The notes: generated by a model from the sequence alone, not told the origin. A stretch of 64,000 bases of DNA from Anaerolineae bacterium (GCA_034434235.1 DAOTZV010000192.1:5037-69036); one strand, 5' to 3'. Positions 38,260 through 48,763 are shown, counted from the stretch's first letter. A program made the numbers and translations.

Positions 38260-39476
38260 TCAAATCCGATGTGGCCGGACAGGTGGGCATGTCGGCCGAG
38301 CGCCTGGCGCGCATCAGCCGGATGTTGCAGCGGTACGTGGCGCAGCAGACGGTGGCCGGCATCGTGGCGACGGTGGCGCGACGCGGACAGACGGTCTATC
38401 TGGAGAAGTTCGGCTATGCCGATCTCGAAGCGGCCGCGCCGATGGAGTTCGATACGATCTTCCGGATCGCCTCCATGACCAAGCCGATCACCGCCGTCGC
38501 GGCCATGATGCTCTACGAAGAAGGCTGGTTCGACCTGAACACCTTCGTGCACGAGTTCATTCCCGCATTCAAGGACCTCAAGGTCTTCGTGCGCCAGACG
38601 AAGGCCGGCCCCGAGCTGGAGCCGCTCGCCCGGCCGATCACCTTCCGCCATCTGTTCACCCACACCGCCGGGCTGAGCTACGGCTTCGATCCGCAGGACC
38701 CGGTGGATCGCCTCTACCACGAGGCGGGCGCCACGCTGTTGCACTTCTACGCGCCCGGCGCGCGCTTCACGAACAAAGACGTGGTGGACGCGCTGACGCG
38801 GCTGCCGCTGGCGTTCCAGCCCGGCGCCCACTGGCGCTACAGCCTCTCGATTGACGTGCTCGGCTATCTGGTAGAGCTCATCTCGGGGAAGCCGCTCGAC
38901 GTCTTCCTGCGCGAGCGCATCTTCGAGCCGCTCGGCATGGCCGACACCGATTTCTACGTGCCGCCGGCCAGGTTGTCGCGGCTGGCGAAGATCTATTGCA
39001 CCGATCCGAGCGGGACGGGCCTGGCCCGCGTCGATCTGCCCGTGCCGACCGAGCCGCCGGCCTTCCTGTCGGGCGGCGGCGGGCTGTTCTCCACGATCGG
39101 CGACTATAGCCGCTTCGCGCAGATGCTGGTCAACGGCGGCGAGCTGAACGGCGTCCGGCTGCTCAGTCCGCGCACGGTGGCGCTGATGGAGATGAACCAG
39201 GCGCCGGCCGAGGCGTTGCCCTACGAGCAGAGCGCCGGCAGCTTGAAGAACGCCGGCTACGGCTACGGACTGGGCATGCGCGTCCTCACCGACGTGGCGG
39301 CTTCGGGCCGCGCCGGTTCGGTCGGCGAGTTCGGCTGGGACGGCGCGTTCGCCACCTACTTCTGGGTGGATCGCAAGGAGGCGCTCTACGGCCTGCTGAT
39401 GACCCAGCACCAGGCCTGGTCCTTCCCGCTCCACCAGCAATTCAAGATCCTGACCTATCAGGCGTTGACCGACTGA
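38256..39476 (+). CDS. Serine hydrolase, beta-lactamase/esterase family
   Basis: SMTK (SxxK), LFTHTAG, WRYS and SGGGGL. Confidence 0.92.
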   Translation: MIKSDVAGQVGMSAERLARISRMLQRYVAQQTVAGIVATVARRGQTVYLEKFGYADLEAAAPMEFDTIFRIASMTKPITAVAAMMLYEEGWFDLNTFVHEFIPAFKDLKVFVRQTKAGPELEPLARPITFRHLFTHTAGLSYGFDPQDPVDRLYHEAGATLLHFYAPGARFTNKDVVDALTRLPLAFQPGAHWRYSLSIDVLGYLVELISGKPLDVFLRERIFEPLGMADTDFYVPPARLSRLAKIYCTDPSGTGLARVDLPVPTEPPAFLSGGGGLFSTIGDYSRFAQMLVNGGELNGVRLLSPRTVALMEMNQAPAEALPYEQSAGSLKNAGYGYGLGMRVLTDVAASGRAGSVGEFGWDGAFATYFWVDRKEALYGLLMTQHQAWSFPLHQQFKILTYQALTD

Positions 39477-39491
39477 CTGAAAGCTCACCGT

Positions 39492-39525
39492 ACGTGCCAG
39501 GCACCCTCCCAGGTGCCTGGCACGT
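39492..39525. repeat. Dispersed palindrome (GTGCCAGGCAC family), copy 2
   Basis: 14-bp stem ACGTGCCAGGCACC/GGTGCCTGGCACGT. Confidence 0.8.
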
Positions 39526-39571
39526 GAAGCACCGGTCATTTTCAGTATCCCACCCCGAAAGAGGCGCTAAC

Positions 39572-40564
39572 ATGCTTCGAGTCTGTGTTATCGGCATGGG
39601 CCCGATCGGCAATCGCCATGCCATGATCTACAAAGAGGATCCCCTGGCCGAGCTGGTCGGCGTGTGCGACATCCGCAAGGACCGCGCCGACGCGGCTGCT
39701 GCCCGCCACGGCGTGCCGGCGTTCTACGACGCGCAGGAGATGCTGGACGCGCTCAAGCCCGACGTGTGCAGCATCACCACCGGCGGCTATGAGTACGGCA
39801 GCGATCACTATCTGCCGACCATGCAGGCGTTCGAGGCCGGCTGTCACGTGTTGGGCGAGAAGCCGATCTCCAACGACATCGCGGAGGCCGAGCAGATGGT
39901 GGCCAAGGCGCGCGAGAAGGGCCTTTGCTACGGCATCAACCTCAACCATCGTTTCACCGAGGCGGCCTATATCGCGAAGCGATGGCAGAACGAGGGCCGG
40001 CTGGGCCATCTGCTCTTCGTCAACATGAGCATGTGGATCAAGAATCCGGCCGAAAGCTCGCCCTATTACATGATCAAGGCACTCAATCCCCATTCGGTGG
40101 ACGTGATGCGCCACTTCTGCGGCGACATCGAAGCCGTGCAATGCTTCGCGCAGAAGGCGCCCGGCCGCCAGATCTGGTCTACGGCGCACTTCAGCATGAA
40201 GTTCAAGAACGGCTGCGTCGGCGGGCTGACCGCTTCGTACGACATCGAGCGAGGCCATCCGATGGAGCGGTGCGAGGTGGCGGGCACGAAGGGCCGCTTC
40301 GTCCTGGAAGACATGTGGCGCGAGGTGACCCTCTATCCGGCCGGCGACCTGGAGAAGCGGGTCTACACCAATCCGGTCTTCGGGGGCCATCGCGATTTCG
40401 AGGATACCTTCCGCAACCGCATCCACAAGTTCCTGCAACAGATCGCCGACGGCGCGAAGCCGGAGGAGATAGACGGTTCGGGCGCCGACGGCCTGGCCGC
40501 CCAGAAGGTCCTCCAGGCCGCCATCGAGTCGCTGGAGACGGGGAAGATCGTGTACGTGAAGTAA
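39572..40564 (+). CDS. Gfo/Idh/MocA oxidoreductase
   Basis: IGMGPIG, HVLGEKP and HSVD. Confidence 0.92.
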   Translation: MLRVCVIGMGPIGNRHAMIYKEDPLAELVGVCDIRKDRADAAAARHGVPAFYDAQEMLDALKPDVCSITTGGYEYGSDHYLPTMQAFEAGCHVLGEKPISNDIAEAEQMVAKAREKGLCYGINLNHRFTEAAYIAKRWQNEGRLGHLLFVNMSMWIKNPAESSPYYMIKALNPHSVDVMRHFCGDIEAVQCFAQKAPGRQIWSTAHFSMKFKNGCVGGLTASYDIERGHPMERCEVAGTKGRFVLEDMWREVTLYPAGDLEKRVYTNPVFGGHRDFEDTFRNRIHKFLQQIADGAKPEEIDGSGADGLAAQKVLQAAIESLETGKIVYVK

Positions 40565-40593
40565 AACTTGCGTTCTAAAGAAAGGATACTCTC

Positions 40594-41697
40594 ATGGCTC
40601 TCAAAGTCGGTGTCGTCGGCATGCGCGGGATCGGCAACCAGCATGCCGCCTGTCACAAGAGCGATCCCCTTGCCGAGCTGGTCGCGGTATGCGACGTGGT
40701 CAAAGAGCGGGCCGATGCGGCCGCGGCGAAGTACGGCGTGAGGGCATATTACAGCCTGACCGACATGCTGCGCAACGAGGAACTCGACATCGTGGATGTG
40801 ACCACGGGCGGGTTCGAGAACGGGAGCTGGCACTTCGAGCCGGTGATGGAGGCGCTGGAGGCCGGCAAGCACGTGCTCGTCGAGAAGCCGATCTCCAACA
40901 ACATCGTCGAGGCGCGGCAGATGGTGGCGAAGGCGGCCGAGAAGAAGCTCTATCTGGGCTGCAACCTGAACCACTACTTCACCCCGACCGCCGAGCGCGC
41001 CATGAAGTACATGAAGGAGGGCGGGATCGGCGAGCTGGTCTATTGCCTGCACAAGGTCGGCTTCAACGGCGGCGAGGAGGGCTATCGCGGCCCCGGCCCC
41101 GGCACGCGCTTGCCCGGCTGGCCCTACGCCCACCTGAAGGCGTTCCTGGCGCATCCCTTCGCGTGCATGCGCTATTTCTGCGGCGACATCACCCACATCC
41201 AGGCGTTCGTCGAGCGGCCCGGCCATCGGCGCCGCGCCAACGACCTCATGCTGTCGGTCGTCAGCGTGAACATGCGCTTCGCCAACGGGTGCGTCGGCAG
41301 CCTGATCAGCCAGCGCGGGGACGCGCCGTGGGGCCTGGGCGGCTGGTGGAGCCTGGAGGTGGCGGGCACGAAGGGCGCCTTCTGCATCGAGAACTGCATC
41401 GAGAAGCTGTATTACTGGAAAGCGGGCGGCAATCCGATGGGCACCTTGCCGCCGACCGAGGTGTACGACAGCGGCATCAAGGACTTCAACCAGACCTTCC
41501 CGCGGCGCATCCATGCCTTCCTGGAGGATGTGACCAACAAGGTCTTCCACGAAGACCTGCGCGCCTCGGGCCGCGATGCGCTGGCCACGCTGGAATACAC
41601 CTGGGCCGTGATCGAGTCGTACGAGAGCGGCGGGGCCATGGTGCGGCCGCATCCGTTGCCGCCGCTCCACGGCGATCCGAAGAAGCTGCTCGATTGA
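40594..41697 (+). CDS. Gfo/Idh/MocA oxidoreductase
   Basis: VGMRGIG and HVLVEKP. Confidence 0.92.
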   Translation: MALKVGVVGMRGIGNQHAACHKSDPLAELVAVCDVVKERADAAAAKYGVRAYYSLTDMLRNEELDIVDVTTGGFENGSWHFEPVMEALEAGKHVLVEKPISNNIVEARQMVAKAAEKKLYLGCNLNHYFTPTAERAMKYMKEGGIGELVYCLHKVGFNGGEEGYRGPGPGTRLPGWPYAHLKAFLAHPFACMRYFCGDITHIQAFVERPGHRRRANDLMLSVVSVNMRFANGCVGSLISQRGDAPWGLGGWWSLEVAGTKGAFCIENCIEKLYYWKAGGNPMGTLPPTEVYDSGIKDFNQTFPRRIHAFLEDVTNKVFHEDLRASGRDALATLEYTWAVIESYESGGAMVRPHPLPPLHGDPKKLLD

Positions 41698-41708
41698 GGG
41701 AGCACACC

Positions 41709-42506
41709 ATGAAACTCGGAGCCAATTCGGTCCTTTTCGGCGGCCACAGCCTGGAGACCGCGTTCAAGTATCTCGCGATGGCCGGCTACGACGGCATCGA
41801 GCTCTCGGCGATTGACGGCATGAGCGAGCACCTGGTCCTGGATCGCTGGCAGGAGATCGCGCCCGAGATCAAGCGGCTCTCCCGCGAATACGGGCTGGAG
41901 CTGCTGGCGATGGAGCAGCCTTCGCAGGATCCGGCCAAGATGGAGAAGGCGTTTCAGGCCGCGGTCGAGATCGGCATCCCGATCGTCAACTGCGGGCCGG
42001 GCGGCAAGACCGGCGATGAGGCCAGCTTCCAGCAGGCGGTGGATTCGATCGGCCGGCTGTGTCAGATGGCCGAGCGCTACGGCGTCACCCTCTGCGTGAA
42101 GGCGCACGTCGGCGCGGCGATCTACAACACGCCGACCACCTTGCGCCTGATGGAGGCGATCAGCTCGCCGGCGTTCGGGGTGGACATGGATCCGTCGCAC
42201 ATCTACCGGGCGGGCGAAGACCCCGTGGAGGCGATCAAGGCGGTGGTGCACCGCGTGAAGCACGTGCACATCCGCGATTGCAAGGGCCGGCAGCAAAGCC
42301 CCGGCAAGCCGGAGATGCAGGCGAACGGCCGCGGCGATATCAACCTGCTCGGCTACATTCGGGCGCTGCACGAGGCCGGCTACACCGGGCCGCTCGACCT
42401 GGAGGTGATCGGAGCGAAGTCCTACGACGTGATCCAGTGCGCGATCATCGCGGCCGAAGCGCGCGGGCACATGCAGGCGTGTCTCCAGGCGTGCGGCGCG
42501 CGGTAG
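41709..42506 (+). CDS. Sugar phosphate isomerase/epimerase-type TIM barrel (AP-endonuclease-2 family)
   Basis: GYDGIEL, DMDPSH, HVHIRD and DLEV. Confidence 0.9.
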   Translation: MKLGANSVLFGGHSLETAFKYLAMAGYDGIELSAIDGMSEHLVLDRWQEIAPEIKRLSREYGLELLAMEQPSQDPAKMEKAFQAAVEIGIPIVNCGPGGKTGDEASFQQAVDSIGRLCQMAERYGVTLCVKAHVGAAIYNTPTTLRLMEAISSPAFGVDMDPSHIYRAGEDPVEAIKAVVHRVKHVHIRDCKGRQQSPGKPEMQANGRGDINLLGYIRALHEAGYTGPLDLEVIGAKSYDVIQCAIIAAEARGHMQACLQACGAR

Positions 42507-42512
42507 GTTTGT

Positions 42513-45266
42513 CTACGGCAGCAGTCCCAGGTTTCGCCCCAGGGTCGTGATGGTCAATTCGGCGCCCGCGAACAGCACGCCCAGGGCCGAGAGGCCGACG
42601 AAGAAGAGCGCCATGCCGGCCACGGGCAGGATCACCGTGCGCCGGCCGCTCAGGCCATGCACCTCGACGCCGGCCATCCAGAGGGCCACGAACGATGCCG
42701 CGGACGCGCTGAACCGGGCCAGCGGCGCCAGGAACGGAATGAGCGCCAGCAGGTTGAGCAGATGGGCGGTCGCGGCGAAGCCAAGCCCGCGCAGGGTGCG
42801 GGTGTAGCTCGCCTGGCCGCCCAACGACCGGCCCGCGGCCGTGATCACCTCGACCATGATCAGCCAGACGCCGATCTGTTCGAGCCAGGTGGCCGTCTGC
42901 CAGCCGGTGGGGCTGAAGAGGACGGCCAGCGCCAGGCCCCCGAGCGCCAGCACGAGCGCCGGGCCGGTCATCCGCGGGTCGTCGGCCGCTTCGGCAAACG
43001 CCGCGCGGTCGAGGATCAGGCTGCGCAGCGCGAGCGCCAGCCAGCGGCTGGGCCGGCGCAACACCCCGTCCGCCAGGTAGGCCAGACGCCAGACGTGGTC
43101 GTCGGCCCCGCCCGCGAGATGGGAGGGCGCCCCCCTGGCCCCCCAACCCTGGGGGGAACGGGGGGCCGCTTTTTCAGCCCCCCAGACTTGGGGGGAACGG
43201 GGGGCATCGGCCGGAGCCGCGAGCAAGCCGCGACGGCCGTTCAGGATGGGGTACAGGTCGGCCGCGTTGCGCGTTGGGCCGACGACCATGTCGGCCGGAT
43301 GGAACAGGAACGCGTCGGTCTGTTCGCCGCCCAGGCCGCCGTGGCTTCCGATCAGCTCTTCGAAGGCCGCCACCGTGCCGTCCGGGTAGAGCGTGCTGAT
43401 CACCATCAGATCGCCGGAGTGGGGAAAGTCCATCACCCGTTTGATCTGCCATGCTCGCAAGGCCACGTCGCCGTACGGCCTGAGCGGGTCTTCGCCGACC
43501 ACCTCGCCGGTGCGCAGGTTGTGTTGCCCCCTTTTGCCGAGGACGATCGGGGTGTCGGCATCCAGGTAGCCGGCCACCAGGCCGATCCCCTCGTGCGCCA
43601 CCAGCGCGCTGACCATGCCCGGATAGACGGCATCCAGTTCCGGCAGGGTCACGCGGCGCGGGTGAAAGTCGAAGTAAACCTGGGCCAGGTTGCCGCTGCC
43701 GACCACCACCACCTGGGCGGCCGGCGGCGGGCCGATCTCCTCTTCGCGGCGCTGGACCGCCTTTTGCGCGGCCTTTTGGCTGCTCTTGACCACCGCCGCA
43801 CCCATCCGGCCGGTCATGCCCTGCTCCTGCACGTTCGCCAGCTCGGCCGACATGGCCGAGACCGCGATGATGCCGTTGTCGCCGCCGATGCGCTGTTGGA
43901 CCGTCGTGCCGGCCGGCAACTGGCGCTCGATGAATTCCTTGAGCGTCAGGCCGTAGCGTTGTTTGAAAGTGGCGCCGAACGACTGGCCGTGGTCCGACAG
44001 GACGATCAGCTCATACGGCCGCGGCGCTTTTTGCCGCATGAAGCGCACGATGCGTCGGAAGACGCGGTCGTATTTCCTGAGCACGCGCAGCGCATCCTTT
44101 GACCAGGGCCCGGAATGATGCGCCACCTCGTCGTAGCCGGGCCAGGTCACATAGATGACGGGCGCGCCGCGCAGGATGTCGAGCGCGGCCAGGTGCGCGC
44201 CGACGTCGCGCAGCAGGATGTTGGCCGTGGCCCGAATGAGCGGATAGAGCCGGTGGAGCCGATCCACGCGCGGCCGGACATTGCGGATGCAGGCTTTGGC
44301 GTATTGAAAAAGCTCCAGCAGCATGTCCCCGATCATCAGCACCATCGTCCGCGTCAGGAAGTAGGGGTTGGCCGCCAGCAGATAGATGTCTTGCGCGCGG
44401 CGGCTTTTCTGCTCCCAACTGCCGGAGTTCAGATCGGCCAGGGTGAGGATGGACTTCTCCGCGTCGCCGTTGAGCATGTTGTTGATGCTCGATCCCCCGC
44501 GCAGCAGGCCGTGGCCGCGGGCGAAACGGGCGTTGATGGCCGCCGCATCTTCGCCCGAGACATACAGCTTGCGCTGTTCCTTGTCGTACCAGCGGAACGC
44601 GGGAATGTCGTAGTTGTCGCCGAACATGATCCCCGCCTGGCACGCCGAGGTCTGCGAGGGCAATCCGCATTCCACCCGCGAGAGCACGTAGCCCTCTTCC
44701 TGCATCAGCTTGCCGAGGGTCGGCAAGAGGCCGGCCTCCAGCGCGTATTTCATGTGCCAGTAGCTCAGGCCGTCTATCTCCAGCAACACCAGTCCGCGGC
44801 CGGGTTCGGCCGCGCCGCGGAAGGTCTGGAGCCGGGCGATCCGTTCGATCAGTCCTTCGTAGAACGATCCCTCGTCGTCCAGCGTGATGATCCCCGTGAG
44901 CAGGGTGTTGACGGCCGCCAGTACCAGGCCACCGGCCGCGGCCGCCAGGAAGCCGTCCACCTGGAAGAACGGTAGCAAGCGCGAGGTGATCAGCAGGGTC
45001 AGCGCGTTCGCCAGCAGGCCGAAGATGAAGGTGGCCAGGAAGCCGAACGGCAGGGCCAGCAACAGAATCAGCGGCCGGATCAGCAGGTTGACGATGCCCA
45101 ACATGAACGCCGCGGCCGCGGCCACCACCAGCCGATCATCGAGATCGGCCGCCAGCAGATGCACGCCCGGCACGATCAGCGCCGCGCTGAGCAGCGAAAG
45201 GCCGTCCACGACCCAGACGACGCCGAAACGCAACAGCCATCGTGCGACGTATCGGATTGCGTCCAT
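42513..45266 (-). CDS. Fusion of 4-TM holin-like (DUF360) domain, alkaline-phosphatase-superfamily domain and Yip1-like TM domain
   Basis: GIVNLLIRP..LLLALPF; EIDGL, SQTSACQAG, DEVAH, SDHG and GSHGGLGG; hydrophobic C-terminus. Confidence 0.85.
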   Translation of the reverse strand: MDAIRYVARWLLRFGVVWVVDGLSLLSAALIVPGVHLLAADLDDRLVVAAAAAFMLGIVNLLIRPLILLLALPFGFLATFIFGLLANALTLLITSRLLPFFQVDGFLAAAAGGLVLAAVNTLLTGIITLDDEGSFYEGLIERIARLQTFRGAAEPGRGLVLLEIDGLSYWHMKYALEAGLLPTLGKLMQEEGYVLSRVECGLPSQTSACQAGIMFGDNYDIPAFRWYDKEQRKLYVSGEDAAAINARFARGHGLLRGGSSINNMLNGDAEKSILTLADLNSGSWEQKSRRAQDIYLLAANPYFLTRTMVLMIGDMLLELFQYAKACIRNVRPRVDRLHRLYPLIRATANILLRDVGAHLAALDILRGAPVIYVTWPGYDEVAHHSGPWSKDALRVLRKYDRVFRRIVRFMRQKAPRPYELIVLSDHGQSFGATFKQRYGLTLKEFIERQLPAGTTVQQRIGGDNGIIAVSAMSAELANVQEQGMTGRMGAAVVKSSQKAAQKAVQRREEEIGPPPAAQVVVVGSGNLAQVYFDFHPRRVTLPELDAVYPGMVSALVAHEGIGLVAGYLDADTPIVLGKRGQHNLRTGEVVGEDPLRPYGDVALRAWQIKRVMDFPHSGDLMVISTLYPDGTVAAFEELIGSHGGLGGEQTDAFLFHPADMVVGPTRNAADLYPILNGRRGLLAAPADAPRSPQVWGAEKAAPRSPQGWGARGAPSHLAGGADDHVWRLAYLADGVLRRPSRWLALALRSLILDRAAFAEAADDPRMTGPALVLALGGLALAVLFSPTGWQTATWLEQIGVWLIMVEVITAAGRSLGGQASYTRTLRGLGFAATAHLLNLLALIPFLAPLARFSASAASFVALWMAGVEVHGLSGRRTVILPVAGMALFFVGLSALGVLFAGAELTITTLGRNLGLLP
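43138..43205. repeat. Two 29-bp G/C-run elements, 39-bp period, in frame in an interdomain linker
   Basis: GCCCCCCAACCCTGGGGGGAACGGGGGGC and GCCCCCCAGACTTGGGGGGAACGGGGGGC; encode PRSPQ[V/G]WGA. Confidence 0.8.
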
Positions 45267-45439
45267 TGAAGCCTCGTTGTGATATGGATGGTGTGCGCCA
45301 GTCATGGGGCCTGCACCAGGGCCGAAGATCTCCGGCCTATTATACCCTACCCTCAGACCAGCCAAAACGCAAGAGTGCAAACATCGCGCCCCGCGCGTTT
45401 CTGCGGGTTGGGGTATAATAAGCATCAGGAGTGCAATGC

Positions 45440-46981
45440 ATGAGCGAGATCTTTCCTGGGGAACCCATCGCGAGGGGGCCCGCTGCGGCCGGAGCGGAAA
45501 CGCCCGACCCGGCGCCTCCGACCGTCGTCGTCATCGGCGGGGGGTTGGCCGGCAGCGAGGCCGCGTGGCAGGCCGCCCAGGCCGGCGTGCGCGTGATCCT
45601 CTACGAGATGCGGCCGCACCGCATGACCCCCGCCCACCAGACCGGCAACCTGGCCGAGCTGGTCTGTTCCAACAGCCTGGGCTCGGCCCTGCCCGACCGC
45701 GCGCTCGGCCTGTTGAAGGAAGAGCTGCGTCGGCTCGGCTCTCTCATCATCGCCTGCGCCGAGAGGACGGCCGTGCCGGCCGGCGATGCGCTGGCGGTGG
45801 ATCGCGAAGCGTTCAGCCAGGCGGTGACCGATGCCATCGGCCGGCATCCCAACATCGAGGTGCGCCGCGCCGAGGTCGCGGCGCTGGCCGAGGCGGGCTT
45901 GCCGACCGCCGAGGGGTCCGGGCCGGCGATCGTCGTGGCCAGCGGTCCGCTTACCTCGCCGGCCCTCGCCGCCGAGCTCGAGCAGATGGCCGGCCAGAAG
46001 ATGCTCGCGTTCTACGACGCAATGGCGCCCATCGTGACGGCCGAGAGCATTGACATGACGATTGCCTGGCGCGGGAATCGGTGGGAAGGCGGCAAATCGG
46101 CAGAGCGGCAAGGCGGCGAGGCGGCGGGCCCGCAGGATGGGGATTACATCAACTGTCCGTTGACGCGCGAGGAGTACTTTGCGTTCGTGGAGGCGATCAA
46201 TGCGGCCGAGAAGATCCGCCTGCGCGAGTTCGAGCTGGATGAGGCGAGCCGACGTTACTTCGAGGCGTGCCTGCCGATCGAGGTGTTGGCCGCCCGCGAT
46301 CCGCAGGCGCTGGCCTTCGGGCCGATGACTCCGATCGGCCTGCGCGATCCCCGCACGGGCCGGCGGCCGTATGCCGTGGTGCAATTGCGCCAGGATAACG
46401 TGGCCGGCACGCTGTACAACATCGTCGGCTTTCAGACCAATCTCAAATGGAGCGAGCAGGAGCGCATCCTGCGCATGATTCCCGGCCTGGCTCATGCCGA
46501 ATTCGTCCGCTTCGGCCAGATGCATCGCAATACCTTCATCTGCAGTCCGGCCCTGCTTCGCCCCACCCTGCAATGGCGCGGCCGGGACGATCTCTTCTTC
46601 GCGGGGCAGATTACCGGCACCGAGGGATACGTCGGCTCTACCGGCAGCGGGCTGGTGGCCGGGCTGAACGCCGCGCGCGTCGTTGTGGGCCGGCCGCCCC
46701 TGGTGTTCCCGCCGACGACGATGTTGGGCGCGCTTCTGCACTACATCACGCATGCCGACCCCTCCTCCTTCCAGCCGATGAAGGCCAATTTCGGCCTGTT
46801 GCCCGAGCTCGACTCGCCGGTCCGGGACAAACGCCAGCGCCATGCCGCGCTGGCGCGCCGCGCCCTGGCCGATCTGGAGCAGTTCGTGCGCGCCAATGGC
46901 CTGGCGGCCGGGGCCGCAGGGCCGCCAGACGATCAATCGCCGGGTTGGTTGCATTTGCAACCATTCCATGTTATAGTGTGA
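45440..46981 (+). CDS. trmFO: Methylenetetrahydrofolate-tRNA-(uracil-5)-methyltransferase
   Basis: [31 protein letters not shown] and [10 protein letters not shown]. Confidence 0.95.
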   Translation: MSEIFPGEPIARGPAAAGAETPDPAPPTVVVIGGGLAGSEAAWQAAQAGVRVILYEMRPHRMTPAHQTGNLAELVCSNSLGSALPDRALGLLKEELRRLGSLIIACAERTAVPAGDALAVDREAFSQAVTDAIGRHPNIEVRRAEVAALAEAGLPTAEGSGPAIVVASGPLTSPALAAELEQMAGQKMLAFYDAMAPIVTAESIDMTIAWRGNRWEGGKSAERQGGEAAGPQDGDYINCPLTREEYFAFVEAINAAEKIRLREFELDEASRRYFEACLPIEVLAARDPQALAFGPMTPIGLRDPRTGRRPYAVVQLRQDNVAGTLYNIVGFQTNLKWSEQERILRMIPGLAHAEFVRFGQMHRNTFICSPALLRPTLQWRGRDDLFFAGQITGTEGYVGSTGSGLVAGLNAARVVVGRPPLVFPPTTMLGALLHYITHADPSSFQPMKANFGLLPELDSPVRDKRQRHAALARRALADLEQFVRANGLAAGAAGPPDDQSPGWLHLQPFHVIV

Positions 46982-47081
46982 GCGTCAAACTGCCACGAAT
47001 CGCCGTGCCGGGCAATGCAATGGTCTCGTGCGCCGGGCGCGATGGCTGTCGTCCCGGACTCATCAGCAGCAAGGAGGCACG

Positions 47082-48680
47082 ATGTTCAAACGCAAGCAGC
47101 CAATGATCGCGATCGCGATGACGATCGCGCTGTTTGCCGGCCTCGTCTTGGGGAGCGCAACCGGCCTGGCGGTGACGCAACAGGAAGTGCTCTTCAACGG
47201 CAATTTCGAAAGCGGCTTCTCGCAGATCCCCGGCTGCGGCATGGTCGGCAATGGGTGGGGATGCTTCACGAACGGCGGGTCGGTGACCTACGGCTTCTAC
47301 GACGATCAATGGGCGCCCGTGCGGGCCGACGGCGCGCATAGCCAGCTCATCGAGATGAACACGATGCAGCCGGCCGCGTCGGAAGCCGACCGCTACGCCG
47401 GCATCTATCAGACGGTCAACGTGGTCAAGGGCGGCAAGTATGAGTTCAAGGTCAGCGGTCTGGTGCGCGAGGCCTTGAAGGACGGCATGAAGCCCGATCC
47501 CAACGACGACCGCTATCGCTATCGCGTCCAGTGGGGCTATACCGCGGACGGCTCCACCGACTGGACGAAGGTGACCAACTGGGTCGAACTCCCTTGGGAC
47601 AAGATAGACCCTCGCACCGCGCCTACCGGCCTGCAAAGCTTCTCCACCTCCTTCGTCGCGCCGGGCGACCGCATCACGATCTTCATCCGCCTGTGGAAGA
47701 AGTGGGGGACGGTCTATCGCGAGGTGGACTTCAACGTGGATGCCATCAGCCTGTGGGGGCCGGCCGTGGCCGCGCCGCCGACGGGCGTGGTGGTCATCCC
47801 GCCGCCGGCCGACCGGAAGCCGCCGACGCCGCCCGTTGTGGTACAGCCGCCGGCCGTGGTGCCGCCGCCGGTCGTGATCCCGCCACCACCGCCGGGCGCG
47901 TGCGCCGGCCCGAACCTGGTGATGAACGGCAGCTTCGAAGCCGGCTTCACCAACGGGGTCGCCAACTATTGGACGAGCTACACGAACGGCGGCCGCGCCA
48001 GTTACGGCTTCTATGACGACATGTGGCCGCCGGTGGTGAAGGACGGCGCGCACAGCCAGTTGATCGAGATCAACACGAAGGAGATGGCGCTCGCCGACGG
48101 GAACCGCGTGGCGGGCATCTACCAGATCGTGTCGGGCCTGACGCCGGGCATGACCTATCAGTTATCGTTGTGGGGCCAGATGCGCGAGGAGGCGGCCCAC
48201 CCGGCCGAGGACAAATATCGCTATCGGGTGCAGTGGGGGTATGCGCCGGCGGCTCCGGGCGTGTCGCCTTCGGCCATTACCAACTGGACCGAGATCTCGT
48301 GGGATGATATCTATGTCCGCACGTCGCCCGGGCCGATGAGCTACTACAGCGCGAAGTTCGTGGCGCCCAGCAAGCAGATCATCCTGGCCGTGCAGGCGCT
48401 CAAGAAGTGGGGCACGCCGTATCGCGAGCTGGATGTCAACCTGGATCTGATCCAGGTGCAGGGTTGTCCGTATCCGCCGACGAACGGCGTGATCGTGATC
48501 CCGCCGACCAACGGCGGCAACGTGTGTGCCACCTGGTATACGGTGAAGAAGGGCGACACCCTGGCCGCGATCGCCGGCCGCTACCGCGTGACCGTGGCGC
48601 AGATCGTCAAGCTGAACCACATCAAGAACGCGAACCTGATCTACGCCGGCCAGCGGCTCTGCATCCCGCCCGACCCCTGA
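47082..48680 (+). CDS. Secreted protein with two repeated CBM-like domains, Pro-rich linker and C-terminal LysM
   Basis: Signal peptide; NGxFExGF...YGFYDD...HSQLIE twice; YTVKKGDTLAAIA...NLIYAGQRL. Confidence 0.88.
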   Translation: MFKRKQPMIAIAMTIALFAGLVLGSATGLAVTQQEVLFNGNFESGFSQIPGCGMVGNGWGCFTNGGSVTYGFYDDQWAPVRADGAHSQLIEMNTMQPAASEADRYAGIYQTVNVVKGGKYEFKVSGLVREALKDGMKPDPNDDRYRYRVQWGYTADGSTDWTKVTNWVELPWDKIDPRTAPTGLQSFSTSFVAPGDRITIFIRLWKKWGTVYREVDFNVDAISLWGPAVAAPPTGVVVIPPPADRKPPTPPVVVQPPAVVPPPVVIPPPPPGACAGPNLVMNGSFEAGFTNGVANYWTSYTNGGRASYGFYDDMWPPVVKDGAHSQLIEINTKEMALADGNRVAGIYQIVSGLTPGMTYQLSLWGQMREEAAHPAEDKYRYRVQWGYAPAAPGVSPSAITNWTEISWDDIYVRTSPGPMSYYSAKFVAPSKQIILAVQALKKWGTPYRELDVNLDLIQVQGCPYPPTNGVIVIPPTNGGNVCATWYTVKKGDTLAAIAGRYRVTVAQIVKLNHIKNANLIYAGQRLCIPPDP

Positions 48681-48689
48681 TTGGATTGT

Positions 48690-48763
48690 TTTGGATTGCG
48701 ACGCTGCGGCGTCGCTCTGGTTGGCGGGGCCCAGGAAAGCGGCGCTGTGCGTCGCAATCCAAA
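48690..48763. repeat. Inverted-repeat element (MITE/REPIN-like)
   Basis: 15-bp perfect inverted ends TTTGGATTGCGACGC/GCGTCGCAATCCAAA. Confidence 0.7.

Noticed and set aside
42503-42516. GTAG-gtttgt-CTAC between convergent stops as a REP excision scar
   Set aside because: G before TAG is common in a high-GC genome; four-base matches are not significant without statistics
42513-45266. Holin-like domain as a sign of a prophage
   Set aside because: It is fused to a phosphoesterase; no endolysin, structural or replication phage genes are present
46982-47081. Riboswitch in the leader of the LysM gene
   Set aside because: No c-di-AMP or c-di-GMP consensus could be recognised by eye; an Rfam/Infernal search would settle it
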